From positions 87,222 to 151,221 of the forward strand of contig OZ246400.1 in NCBI GenBank assembly GCA_965230935.1: a stretch of 64,000 bases of DNA, written 5' to 3'. This DNA is from an uncultured Gammaproteobacteria bacterium (GTDB lineage Bacteria; Patescibacteriota; Patescibacteriia; Magasanikbacterales; JBBTQS01). Of this stretch, positions 19,668 to 28,633 are shown one piece after another. Positions within the stretch are counted from its first letter, which is position 1, and every line of letters begins with the position of its first letter. Under the pieces are notes generated by a model, which ran no database searches, was not told the origin of the DNA, and worked only from the letters and a program-made list of their open reading frames with translations. The position numbers and the translations under genes were made by a program.

Positions 19668-20780
19668 ATGGCACGCAAGTATCACAAACCTGATGTTCTC
19701 TTTATCAGCGCAGTGGTACTCTTAGCAGTGATTGGACTCATGGTATTGGCAAGCGCCAGTGCGCCGGTAGGCTTTGATCGCTTTGGTGATAAAGTCTTTT
19801 TTGTTAAGCGACAATTGTTGTTTGGTTTTGTGCCAGGTCTTGTTGGTCTTGCAGTGATGTACATGGTGGATTACAAATGGCTCCGCACGTTTCGATGGAT
19901 CTATTATGGCGTGACGCTTGCATTGTTGCTCGTGGTATTTATCCCAGGACTTGCTGCTGATTTTGGAACAGCGCAAAGTTGGATTTCCTTTGCTGGGATT
20001 AGTGTACAGCCGGCAGAGTTGGCCAAGTTATCGTTTATCTTGTTTTTAGCGAGTTGGTTGGATAGTCGTGGGCGACAGGGAATGACGCGATTTTGGCAGG
20101 ATTTTGTGCCGTTTGTGGTGTTGCTTGCCATTCCACTATTTTTGTTAGTGAAACAGCCAGACACCGGAACCATGTCAATTTTCTTGGCAGTCGCATTGGT
20201 CATGGTGTTTGTAGCACGCGTGAAGTGGAAACATTTGCTCTCACTCGGCTTGGTGTTGATACTTGGGCTTTGGATTTTGGTTGCATCAGCACCATATCGT
20301 GCTGATCGCATTATGACCTTTCTACACCCTGAACTTGACCCACAAGGGGTTGGGTATCATATTAATCAGGCGTTTTTGGCTATTGGCTCCGGTGGATTAT
20401 TTGGTCAAGGGTATGGAAACTCACGGCAGAAGTTTCAGTATTTGCCTGAAGTGAGTTCAGATTCTATTTTTGCGGTGGTTGCTGAGGAACTTGGATTTTT
20501 CTTGAGCGCACTTATTATTTTGCTTATTGTGTTTATTTTCTTACGTGGATTGCGTATTGCGCGTGCCACTAGTGATCAGTTTGGTATGTATTTAGGAGTT
20601 GGGCTGGCGAGCTGGTTTGGATTGCAGGCTTTGATTAATATTGGTGCTATGTTGGGATTGTTGCCACTTACCGGCGTTCCGCTGCCACTGGTGTCCCACG
20701 GTGGATCAGCGTTGGTTGCCATGTTGCTTGGGTTTGGTATTGTATTAAATGTCTCAAGACAAACGCGAGAGCTTGAATAA
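19668..20780 (+). CDS. ftsW: SEDS-family peptidoglycan glycosyltransferase FtsW/RodA
   Basis: Polytopic protein with conserved SEDS segments (SDSIFAVVAEELGF, PLTGVPLPLVSHGGS). Confidence 0.8.
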   Translation: MARKYHKPDVLFISAVVLLAVIGLMVLASASAPVGFDRFGDKVFFVKRQLLFGFVPGLVGLAVMYMVDYKWLRTFRWIYYGVTLALLLVVFIPGLAADFGTAQSWISFAGISVQPAELAKLSFILFLASWLDSRGRQGMTRFWQDFVPFVVLLAIPLFLLVKQPDTGTMSIFLAVALVMVFVARVKWKHLLSLGLVLILGLWILVASAPYRADRIMTFLHPELDPQGVGYHINQAFLAIGSGGLFGQGYGNSRQKFQYLPEVSSDSIFAVVAEELGFFLSALIILLIVFIFLRGLRIARATSDQFGMYLGVGLASWFGLQALINIGAMLGLLPLTGVPLPLVSHGGSALVAMLLGFGIVLNVSRQTRELE

Positions 20781-20781
20781 T

Positions 20782-21876
20782 ATGGCTGAAAAATCACTGA
20801 AAGTGCTATTTTCTGGAGGAGGAACACTGGGGCCGGTGGTTCCACTGTTAGCGGTGTGGGATGATTTAAGCGATCGTATTCCAGTACCACTTGAAGGCAT
20901 ATGGGTTGGTACGCCAGATGGTCCAGAGCGCGAAGTGGTGGAACAAACCAAGCTGCGTTTTGTTTCATTTCCTGCTCCAAAGTTGCGCCGGTATTTTTCT
21001 TGGAAAACATTTTGGTTACCTTTTGCGCTTTTTGGTGCAATTGTGCGCGCGTTTCGCTTGCTTGCTCATGAACGTCCTCGGGTAGTGATTTCGGTCGGTG
21101 GCTATACATCAGTGCCGATTCATGTTGCGGCGTGGTTATTGCGCATTACCGCATTGGTGCATCAGCAGGATGTTTGTGTTGGACTTACCAATAAAATCAT
21201 TGCTCCGCTTGCTTCATCTATCACGTGTGCTTTTGAGCAATCAAAAAAAGCGTTCAAGCGCAAAGCTATGGTCATTGGGAATCCGGTTCGTTCCGATGTG
21301 TTGCAAGGAGATGTGGCAATTGCCCACAAACGTTTTGATTTAGAAGCTGACATACCGGTGGTATTGGTGCTTGGTGGAGGAACAGGGGCGATTCAGCTCA
21401 ATACTCTTGTGTGGGATCATCTTCCGGAGATTACGCAGTTTGTCCAGATTATTCATAGTACTGGAGATGGCAAGGGTCGAACACTCGAGGCTAAGCGTTA
21501 TCGTCAATATCCATTTATCAATCGAGAGGATTTGGCTCACGCGTATGCCGTGGCTGACGTTGTGGTTGCTCGTGCCGGTATGGGGACATTAACCGAGATT
21601 TCTGCACTGAAGAAACCATCTATACTCGTGCCAATGCCTAACTCACATCAAGAGGATAATGCAAAAGTATTTGCTGAGTCTGGTGCCGGGCTTGTGCTTA
21701 ATGCAACGACCAAAGACAGATTTGTGGATATGCTCCGCGAGTTGATTACTGATCGTAATGCACAACAGCGCATGCAAGAAGCACTTCCGCACGCGCTGCG
21801 GACCGATGCGGCAAATCGTTTGTCACAGATGGCGCTGTATGTGTTGGCCAAAAAGCGCACAGCACCAAAAGGATAA
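20782..21876 (+). CDS. murG: Undecaprenyldiphospho-muramoylpentapeptide beta-N-acetylglucosaminyltransferase
   Basis: GT28 architecture with a Gly-rich N-terminus and the C-terminal ARAGMGTLTEI...VPMP...HQEDNA motif. It follows ftsW in a dcw-like order. The start was chosen at MAEKS after the ftsW stop. Confidence 0.7.
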   Translation: MAEKSLKVLFSGGGTLGPVVPLLAVWDDLSDRIPVPLEGIWVGTPDGPEREVVEQTKLRFVSFPAPKLRRYFSWKTFWLPFALFGAIVRAFRLLAHERPRVVISVGGYTSVPIHVAAWLLRITALVHQQDVCVGLTNKIIAPLASSITCAFEQSKKAFKRKAMVIGNPVRSDVLQGDVAIAHKRFDLEADIPVVLVLGGGTGAIQLNTLVWDHLPEITQFVQIIHSTGDGKGRTLEAKRYRQYPFINREDLAHAYAVADVVVARAGMGTLTEISALKKPSILVPMPNSHQEDNAKVFAESGAGLVLNATTKDRFVDMLRELITDRNAQQRMQEALPHALRTDAANRLSQMALYVLAKKRTAPKG

Positions 21877-21888
21877 TGAAATACAAAA

Positions 21889-21914
21889 GACCTCCCGCAA
21901 GCGGGAGGTCTTTG
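21889..21914 (+). terminator. Intrinsic terminator after murG
   Basis: gacctcccgc-aa-gcgggaggtc followed by tttg. Confidence 0.6.
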
Positions 21915-21929
21915 ATAATCGCTACAAAA

Positions 21930-22094
21930 TTATTCAGCAGCTGGGGCGTCACCACCTTCTGCCGGAGCAGCGTCACCACCCTCAGCAGGTGCTTCAGGAG
22001 CTGGAGCTGCAGGCATGTCACCACCTTCAGCTGGTGCTGCAGGAGCAGCACATGTGCAAGGCTCTGCGCTGCACGTTGAACATGTATCCATCAT
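21930..22094 (-). CDS. Small Cys-rich protein with PAEGGDA repeats (hypothetical)
   Basis: MMDTCSTCSAEPCTCAAPAAP then three copies of PAEGGDA. The start is ambiguous: the ORF track extends it to 22202. Weak Shine-Dalgarno sequence. Confidence 0.3.
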   Translation of the reverse strand: MMDTCSTCSAEPCTCAAPAAPAEGGDMPAAPAPEAPAEGGDAAPAEGGDAPAAE

Positions 22095-22195
22095 ATTTTG
22101 TATGATTATTTTTCCAAAACGAATCTTGGAATGACTTACAACCCCATGATACCACAGATCGTCTTGTGTGTCAAAATTGGTCATGCGCATACCTC

Positions 22196-22224
22196 TTGTC
22201 AAAAAATTGACTTTCGTCTATACT
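22196..22224 (+). promoter_or_regulatory. Sigma70-like promoter upstream of the rimK-like gene
   Basis: TTGTCA, a 17-bp spacer, then TATACT. Confidence 0.45.
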
Positions 22225-22254
22225 CCCCAAGCTTTTACGGTATAATTAATTCCT

Positions 22255-23166
22255 ATGAAAATTCATTTATTGAGTTTTACCAAACCACCAAAAGAGTCAA
22301 CTGCCACGATGGAGAGCATCCAGATGTTAATGGATGCTGCGCAAAAACAAGGACATGAGCTGGTGCCACTGTATGCGAGAGACTGTCAGTTAGAGTTTGT
22401 AAAAAAGCCTCGTATTTTGCATAAGAACAAAGTCGTGCGTGGGGTTAAGATGTTGATTGTTAAGCCGACATTTGGTGGGGGAGATTTAGATTATCACATT
22501 ACTACTATTAAGCAGTTCGAACTTGCTGGTGTGCCGGTGATTAATCCGCATGGACCGGTGACGCGTGCCAAGAATAAAATTCGTACCATGCAGGTGCTCA
22601 AGCGCAAAAATATTCCCATGCCAAAAAGTTATGTGGTGCGCAGTGCTGAGTATATTGAGGATGTGATGGATGATATTGGATCCCATCCGGTAATTTTAAA
22701 ATCCGCAATTGGGAGTAAGGGTGTCGGAGTGTCAATTATTGAGAGTAAGCGCGGTTTGCGATCAATTGTTGATATGTTGGTTGAAGATGAAAATTCTGCA
22801 CCAATCATTTTGCAAGAATATGTTAAAGAGAGTCGCGGTCGAGATTTGCGCGTATTTATTGTGGGAAATAAAATTGTGGCAGCAATGGAACGTATTGCGC
22901 GCAAACGCGGTGAGTTTCGATCAAATTTTTCATTGGGTGGCAAAGTGAAAGTCGCCGAGTTGAGTAGTAAGGAAAAACGCATTGCCATCGCTGCGGCAAA
23001 GGCGTTAGGGCTTGATATTGCCGGTGTTGATTTGATTCGTAGCAAAGATGGGCCAAAGGTTTTGGAAGTAAACTCAAATCCTGGTTTACAGGGGATTACT
23101 GAAGCCACAGGAATTGATGTGGCTGGTAAGATTATCAAATACGCAGTGAAGCGGGCGCAGGAGTAG
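22255..23166 (+). CDS. RimK-family ATP-grasp ligase (alpha-L-glutamate ligase-like)
   Basis: ATP-grasp motifs: VVRSAEYIEDV...HPVILKSAIGSKGVGV, EYVKESRGRDLRVFIVG and SNFSLGGK. Length 303 aa. Confidence 0.75.
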   Translation: MKIHLLSFTKPPKESTATMESIQMLMDAAQKQGHELVPLYARDCQLEFVKKPRILHKNKVVRGVKMLIVKPTFGGGDLDYHITTIKQFELAGVPVINPHGPVTRAKNKIRTMQVLKRKNIPMPKSYVVRSAEYIEDVMDDIGSHPVILKSAIGSKGVGVSIIESKRGLRSIVDMLVEDENSAPIILQEYVKESRGRDLRVFIVGNKIVAAMERIARKRGEFRSNFSLGGKVKVAELSSKEKRIAIAAAKALGLDIAGVDLIRSKDGPKVLEVNSNPGLQGITEATGIDVAGKIIKYAVKRAQE

Positions 23167-23231
23167 GGGGGTGTTTCTTAGGACTTGACAAAAAAGATAT
23201 ATCTCTTACCCTACAGGTAGGTCGATTTTTT

Positions 23232-23990
23232 GTGTGTGCCCATAACGGGTTGTCAACAACAAGTGCAGAAGCGGCAGACCGAGTGTGGTTACCGCAAGGA
23301 GTCGACAGAGTGAAATCAAGCACCGTGTTCGCGTTGGATTCCCTGGTTGAGGGAGGGATGGAATTCGGTCAGGCGGCACAAACTCTTTGGAGTAAGCTGA
23401 GCGAGAAAGAAAAACGCCAGTTCACCACGGGTCAGTGGCTTGCTGTGTATAAAGCAAGTGATGGTTGGGGCAGATCAGGGGCGGCGGCACTTGAGGCACT
23501 CGTCACTTGCGTGCGAGGAAAACAGGAGTGTCTGGAGTTCTTACTGACTGTAAGTCCTAGAGTGGATAGATCCCATCCATGTTTGCGTGCCAGCTTGATT
23601 GAGCGCGTCTTTGGGTTTGCCACTGACCGTGAGGAGTGCAGAAAGACGGGGATACACCTACAGCTGAATTTAAAGGTGCATCTGGGGCTTATAAATAGAA
23701 AGCGCGCGGAGGTGCGCCTTAGAGAAAAGATACTGTACGCTCAATTCTCCAGGTATCTGCAACTTGCGCTGACTGTTGGTGACTGTGTTGAGATACATTG
23801 TGAGGTGATGCGTAGCGGAGCTTCGGAAAGCCATGGCGAGTACCTTTCCGTTGAAAAGTTCAAGGTGTGGGAGCGTGCGCTGTCATTGGCAAAAACTCCT
23901 AAGGACCTTGCTGACGTACTGCCAATTTGTTGCGCTGACAAAACGGCCCTTTCCTCGTTGGGTGATCGAACTCTTGAGTTGATTGCCTAG
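23232..23990 (+). CDS. Hypothetical protein (moderately GC-enriched segment)
   Basis: A 252-codon ORF with no recognisable motif and composition shifted relative to its neighbours. The start is uncertain. Confidence 0.35.
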   Translation: MCAHNGLSTTSAEAADRVWLPQGVDRVKSSTVFALDSLVEGGMEFGQAAQTLWSKLSEKEKRQFTTGQWLAVYKASDGWGRSGAAALEALVTCVRGKQECLEFLLTVSPRVDRSHPCLRASLIERVFGFATDREECRKTGIHLQLNLKVHLGLINRKRAEVRLREKILYAQFSRYLQLALTVGDCVEIHCEVMRSGASESHGEYLSVEKFKVWERALSLAKTPKDLADVLPICCADKTALSSLGDRTLELIA

Positions 23991-24098
23991 AAAGCTCGTA
24001 GAAAACACAACCACAACCACCGTAACCTCTCGGTGGTTTTGTGATTCTAAAAGAGTTTTTGTTATACTGTATACATAAATCATAACCACGCATTAACT

Positions 24099-24293
24099 AT
24101 GCGCATTTTTTTAGAGGTCGCTGGTTCAGTATTTTTAACTGTGGCTGTGCTTCATTTTTTGCGTGCAGCACTGGATATCCAATTGGTGATCGGGAGTTGG
24201 ATGGTGCCGAATTGGGTGAGTCTGCTCGCATCAGCGCTTATTGGTCTTTTGGCCTATTGGGCGTTTAATTCATTACGTAAGACAAAAAAGTAA
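24099..24293 (+). CDS. Small hypothetical membrane protein
   Basis: 64 aa, two hydrophobic helices. Confidence 0.4.
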   Translation: MRIFLEVAGSVFLTVAVLHFLRAALDIQLVIGSWMVPNWVSLLASALIGLLAYWAFNSLRKTKK

Positions 24294-24295
24294 GT

Positions 24296-24553
24296 ATGCT
24301 TAATGCAAAAAGTTTTGGGTTGGCTGGTGGAATTTTGTGGGCACTTGGCTTGATCATTCTCACCATCATTGGGATGAACGGTAGTTATGCGCCGTCATTT
24401 TTTAGTTTTATGGCCGAGGTATATCCTGGGTATGCATTGACCGGGTCAGGATTGGTTTTTGGTGCGATCTGGGCATTTGTTGATGCCTTTATTGGATTGT
24501 ATTTATTTGCATGGTTGTACAACTGGTTGTGCAAGAAGTGTGGGAAGAAATAG
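24296..24553 (+). CDS. Small hypothetical membrane protein
   Basis: 85 aa, two or three hydrophobic helices. Tightly packed after the previous ORF. Confidence 0.45.
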   Translation: MLNAKSFGLAGGILWALGLIILTIIGMNGSYAPSFFSFMAEVYPGYALTGSGLVFGAIWAFVDAFIGLYLFAWLYNWLCKKCGKK

Positions 24554-24584
24554 GAAAAAATAAAATAGTATCCCAATCAGTAGC

Positions 24585-24610
24585 CCCACCTTTGCAATTG
24601 CGAGGTGGGG
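24585..24610. terminator. Hairpin between convergent genes (possible bidirectional terminator)
   Basis: ccccacct-ttgcaattgcg-aggtgggg perfect stem. T-rich runs follow within 15-20 nt on both strands. Confidence 0.35.
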
Positions 24611-24637
24611 CTATGGTTGTGTGTTGTTTTTGAAGTC

Positions 24638-25219
24638 TCAGTCGCGCTTAAGCTGGATGATCAGCGCGATGCTGCCGTTGCCGACGATGCCGTTGGCGAT
24701 GGGATGAACCAGCTCGAGCCAGCTCCCCTCACCCCAGTCGATGATGATGGCGATCACCACGAGCGTGTAGGCCAGAACCGCGAGGTTCCACGGCGGCGCT
24801 TTCTCCTTCGCGTCCTTGAACAGGAGCCCGAATGCGGTCGGGATGAAGGAAATCACGTAGATCACCTGTAGTAGGATGTTCGCCGTGATGGCATCACCCG
24901 TGATCTTCCATACCACACCCACTAGCAGGCAGAGGGTGCCACACACGATCTCGGTCCAGCCGAGATCCCCGAACTTACCCTTTCGCAGGGCGTAGAAGAT
25001 CGCGGAAAGACCAACTGCGGCAAAACCTGTGATTGCCCACTCGAAGTAGTTGCCACGCACCACAACGAAGTACGAAACTGCGTTCATGATACCCAGCACC
25101 AGCCAGATGAGCCACGTGGCAGGGTTGGGTGTCGAGTGGCCTTTGGCCACCTGACGGTAGTACATGACGATGACCGCGCAGATGCACAGACTCGCCAGAA
25201 TGGAAAGAACGTGTGCCAT
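24638..25219 (-). CDS. Hypothetical polytopic membrane protein (GC-rich island)
   Basis: 193 aa with five or six TM helices. GC-rich codon usage distinct from the surrounding genes. Confidence 0.55.
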   Translation of the reverse strand: MAHVLSILASLCICAVIVMYYRQVAKGHSTPNPATWLIWLVLGIMNAVSYFVVVRGNYFEWAITGFAAVGLSAIFYALRKGKFGDLGWTEIVCGTLCLLVGVVWKITGDAITANILLQVIYVISFIPTAFGLLFKDAKEKAPPWNLAVLAYTLVVIAIIIDWGEGSWLELVHPIANGIVGNGSIALIIQLKRD

Positions 25220-25232
25220 TGTCGGCCTCCTT

Positions 25233-25520
25233 CTACGTACCGTACCTGAAGTACAGAATCAGTGAGATCACGATGAGGTTGATCAGTGCGCTCAGTCCCA
25301 GGCACACCAGCAGCACGTTGTTGCGCTTGAAGAACCCGTCGAGTGCGAACGCGATTTGCGTGCTGAGGTAGATCAGGAACATGGGCACCGAGAGCCCCTC
25401 GGTCACTTGCGTGGTGATGAGCTTCCAGAGCTGCGGTAGCATGGCAGTCACGTTGACAAAGCCGAAACTCCAGATTACCCATGGCCATCGTATTTTCGCC
25501 GCAAATTCTTCACGTGTCAT
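25233..25520 (-). CDS. PQ-loop / SemiSWEET-like small membrane transporter
   Basis: About 95 aa with 3 TM helices and a PQ-loop signature (MLPQLWKLITTQ). GGAGG sits 6 nt upstream of the ATG at 25520. The ORF-track start at 25694 is too early and would overlap the tRNA flank. Confidence 0.6.
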   Translation of the reverse strand: MTREEFAAKIRWPWVIWSFGFVNVTAMLPQLWKLITTQVTEGLSVPMFLIYLSTQIAFALDGFFKRNNVLLVCLGLSALINLIVISLILYFRYGT

Positions 25521-25697
25521 GGTAACCCTCCTCGGCCAGACGTGAGGCTTTAATGTAGTAAATATTAGGGATTTTGTCAATGATATTAAGTCGGCTGGGG
25601 CAACGCTCGTTTCACTCGCTAGATGCTCACTTCGTTCGCAAGCGAACCCAATCCAGCTTTGCTGGATGTGGGTTCTCGCCAAACAGACTAACAAAAG

Positions 25698-25722
25698 AAA
25701 ACACCCCTAATGGGGTGTTTTC
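25698..25722 (-). terminator. Hairpin terminator downstream of tRNA-Lys
   Basis: aaaacacccc-taat-ggggtgtttt perfect stem flanked by A/T runs on both sides. Confidence 0.5.
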
Positions 25723-25727
25723 TTTTG

Positions 25728-25800
25728 TGGGTCGGCTGGGGCTCGAACCCAGGACCGTCAGCTTAAAAGGCTGCTGCTCTACCAGCTGAGCTACCGACCC
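25728..25800 (-). tRNA. tRNA-Lys (anticodon TTT)
   Basis: Reverse complement GGGTCGGTAGCTCAGCTGGTAGAGCAGCAGCCTTTTAAGCTGACGGTCCTGGGTTCGAGCCCCAGCCGACCCA folds as a cloverleaf with anticodon loop CTTTTAA. Confidence 0.9.
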
Positions 25801-25965
25801 GGAGGGAGGAAAGAAAAATGCTTGCATTTTTCTTTTCGACCGGAGGGGAGGGGCAACGAAGTTGCTACCGACCCGCCAACCAGGCAATTTAGCATATTTT
25901 GGCTAGATTCTGCCCAGAGCACCCATATGATATACTATTGCTGTCAATGACACAAGTATTTTGCC

Positions 25966-28632
25966 ATGGATGTAACCAAGATCCAATATCCTTATAGTCT
26001 CTCAGTTGCGCAGATTGAGAGATATTTGGTAACCAAAAAATCCACCGGGTTAAGTCAACAAGAAGTCGATGAACGGCAAAAAGAATTTGGACTTAATGTC
26101 TTGCCACAAGAAAAAGTTGGCACCGTACGTTGGAAGATTTTTCTTTCCCAATGGAAAAGTCCATTACTCTATTTACTTCTCTTTGCTTCGGCAATAAGTT
26201 TTTTACTTGGTGAACATCTTGATGCCGCGGTTGTTTTGTTTACTGCAGTTGCCAATGCAGTCGTTGGGTTTTTCCAAGAGAATAAAGCAAACCAAGCACT
26301 TAACGAATTGGCACAGTACGCACCGCACTATACCCAGGTTCGTCGTCATGGCATGATCCTTGAAGTGCTTAATCAAGAGATTGTTCCTGGTGACATCATC
26401 ATTCTTCGTGAAGGAAATAAGGTTCCGGCAGATGCTCGGTTATTTGATACGCAAGATTTTTTTGTTTCAGAAGCTGCACTTACCGGAGAATCAACAAGTG
26501 TTGAAAAACACACCCGAGCGCTCAACAAATCAACTACGTTGGCAGATCGTAAAAATATGGTGTTTGCCGGAACGCAGGTTGCGCGAGGTAAAGCATATGC
26601 CATGGTAACGGCGACCGGTCTTCATACCGAACTTGGTCAGATTGCAACTATGGTTAAAGAGACCAAGGAAATTCGCACACCACTCCAAGAACAAGTGATT
26701 CGTATCGGACGCTATGTCACTATTCTGGTGATACTTGCCGCAGCCCTAATCTTTACCATTGGCTTGTTGCAGTCGCGCGGACTTAGTGAAGTCTTCCTTA
26801 TTGCCGTGGCAGTGGGTGTTGCCGCCATTCCTGAAGGGCTTGTCGTTTCGATTACCGTGATTCTTACCGTCGGCATGCGACGCATCTTGGCTAATCAAGC
26901 ATTGGCGCGCAAGCTTGTAGCGACCGAGACGCTTGGATCGGTAAGTGTGATGTGTGTTGATAAAACCGGAACTATCACGCAAGGTCGTATGCGTGTGGTA
27001 GAAGAGTTGCTCGCGCCAGCAATTTTTGGCGATGCTACTACCATTAAACATCAAGCGCTCTTGTCTTCTGCCGCAGCGCTGTGTACGGAGGCGGAGATTA
27101 TTCGTTCAAACACCAGCCCTGAACTTGGATATAGTGGTGAACCTACTGAAGTTGCGCTGCTGCAACACGCGGTCAAGTACAAACTCCATAAAGATACACT
27201 CGAGAAAAAACAACCGCGATTGGCAACGGTTGGGTTTGAGCATTCTCGCATGTACATGGCAACATTGCATCGCACGCGGGCAAGCAACATGGTGTATGTC
27301 AAAGGCGCACCAGAAAAAGTTCTTGAGCTTTGTGGTAGCCGAATCATTGGCACCCGCACCAAGGCGTTAACCGCATCAGCACGAGAGGACATTTTGCTTC
27401 ATGAAGAGCATATGACTCGCCGGGGGTTACGAGTATTAGCAATTGCATATGCCAAAGTGCCTAAAACCACCAAGACGCTCACGCCAAAGAACATGCCCAA
27501 GCTTACGTTTGTTGGGTTTGTTGGCTTAAAAGATCCGGTTCGTCCGCATGTTGAAGAGGTGGTTGCAAAAGCAAAACGCGCAGGAGTTCGCACGGTGATG
27601 ATCACCGGAGATCATATTTTGACGGCACAGAGTATTGCAAAATCAGTTGGGCTGCTGGGCAAAAATATGCAAGCACTCACCGGCGCGCAAGTTGATGATA
27701 TGACCAAAGCGCAGCTCAAAAAAGCGGTGCGCAGTGCTGCAGTGTTTGCCCGTGTTGAACCAAAACACAAAATTCGTATTGTGCAAGCCTTGCAAAGCAA
27801 TGGGGAAGTGGTTGCCATGACCGGAGATGGAGTTAATGATGCGCCGGCAATCAAAGCAGCAGACATTGGTATTGCGGTTGGTTCGGGAACTGACGTGGCG
27901 CGTGGTGTTGCTGATCTCGTGTTACTTGATGACGATGTCTCTACCATTGTTGCCGCGATCGAGCAGGGGAGGATCATTTTCCAAAACATCCGCAAAGTGG
28001 TGTTGTATTTGTTTAGCAATATGTTTACTGAGGTGATTTTGATTACCGGAAGTTTGTTACTCTTTTTGCCGCTTCCAATCACTGCAGTGCAAATTTTGTG
28101 GATCAACTTTGTGACTGATGCGTTTCCCAATATCGCATTGGCGTTTGATCCCGGAGATCCACAAGCCATGCAGCGCCCACCACGCAAACGTAAGACCCCG
28201 ATTATTGATCGTGAGATGAAGTTTATTATCTTTTTAATCAGTGTTGTTGCCGATGCAATTCTGTTTCTCTTTTTCTTTAGTATTCAAAACACAAACCTTT
28301 CACTTGAATTTATCCAAACCATGATGTTCTTAACGGTTGGTATGGGCACGATCATGTACATTTATTCCGTGCGAAGTTTGCGTGTTCCGGTGTGGAGAAC
28401 CAATCCATTTGCCAATCGTACGTTACTACTTGCACAAGCATTCGGTGTATTGGCATTGGTAGCGACCGTGTATGTACCGGTGTTGCAGCAATTTTTAGGC
28501 ACGGTGGCGATTGGTCCGGTTGATTGGTTAATCGTACTGATGGTTGCCTTAGTAAAACTGGCATTGATTGAGTTGGTGAAATGGGCGTTTACGTTTTGGC
28601 GCAAGCGAAATCATAGTACAGCTATTGCATAA
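25966..28632 (+). CDS. P-type cation-transporting ATPase (type IIA-like)
   Basis: CVDKTGTITQG phosphorylation motif, MITGDHILTA, and the GDGVNDAPAIKAADIGIAVG hinge. Length 888 aa with 8-10 TM helices. Confidence 0.85.
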   Translation: MDVTKIQYPYSLSVAQIERYLVTKKSTGLSQQEVDERQKEFGLNVLPQEKVGTVRWKIFLSQWKSPLLYLLLFASAISFLLGEHLDAAVVLFTAVANAVVGFFQENKANQALNELAQYAPHYTQVRRHGMILEVLNQEIVPGDIIILREGNKVPADARLFDTQDFFVSEAALTGESTSVEKHTRALNKSTTLADRKNMVFAGTQVARGKAYAMVTATGLHTELGQIATMVKETKEIRTPLQEQVIRIGRYVTILVILAAALIFTIGLLQSRGLSEVFLIAVAVGVAAIPEGLVVSITVILTVGMRRILANQALARKLVATETLGSVSVMCVDKTGTITQGRMRVVEELLAPAIFGDATTIKHQALLSSAAALCTEAEIIRSNTSPELGYSGEPTEVALLQHAVKYKLHKDTLEKKQPRLATVGFEHSRMYMATLHRTRASNMVYVKGAPEKVLELCGSRIIGTRTKALTASAREDILLHEEHMTRRGLRVLAIAYAKVPKTTKTLTPKNMPKLTFVGFVGLKDPVRPHVEEVVAKAKRAGVRTVMITGDHILTAQSIAKSVGLLGKNMQALTGAQVDDMTKAQLKKAVRSAAVFARVEPKHKIRIVQALQSNGEVVAMTGDGVNDAPAIKAADIGIAVGSGTDVARGVADLVLLDDDVSTIVAAIEQGRIIFQNIRKVVLYLFSNMFTEVILITGSLLLFLPLPITAVQILWINFVTDAFPNIALAFDPGDPQAMQRPPRKRKTPIIDREMKFIIFLISVVADAILFLFFFSIQNTNLSLEFIQTMMFLTVGMGTIMYIYSVRSLRVPVWRTNPFANRTLLLAQAFGVLALVATVYVPVLQQFLGTVAIGPVDWLIVLMVALVKLALIELVKWAFTFWRKRNHSTAIA

Positions 28633-28633
28633 T

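Noticed and set aside
25574-25887. ORFs 25574..25789 (+) and 25627..25887 (-) around tRNA-Lys
   Set aside because: They run through the tRNA gene and its terminator hairpin and are not credible coding regions.
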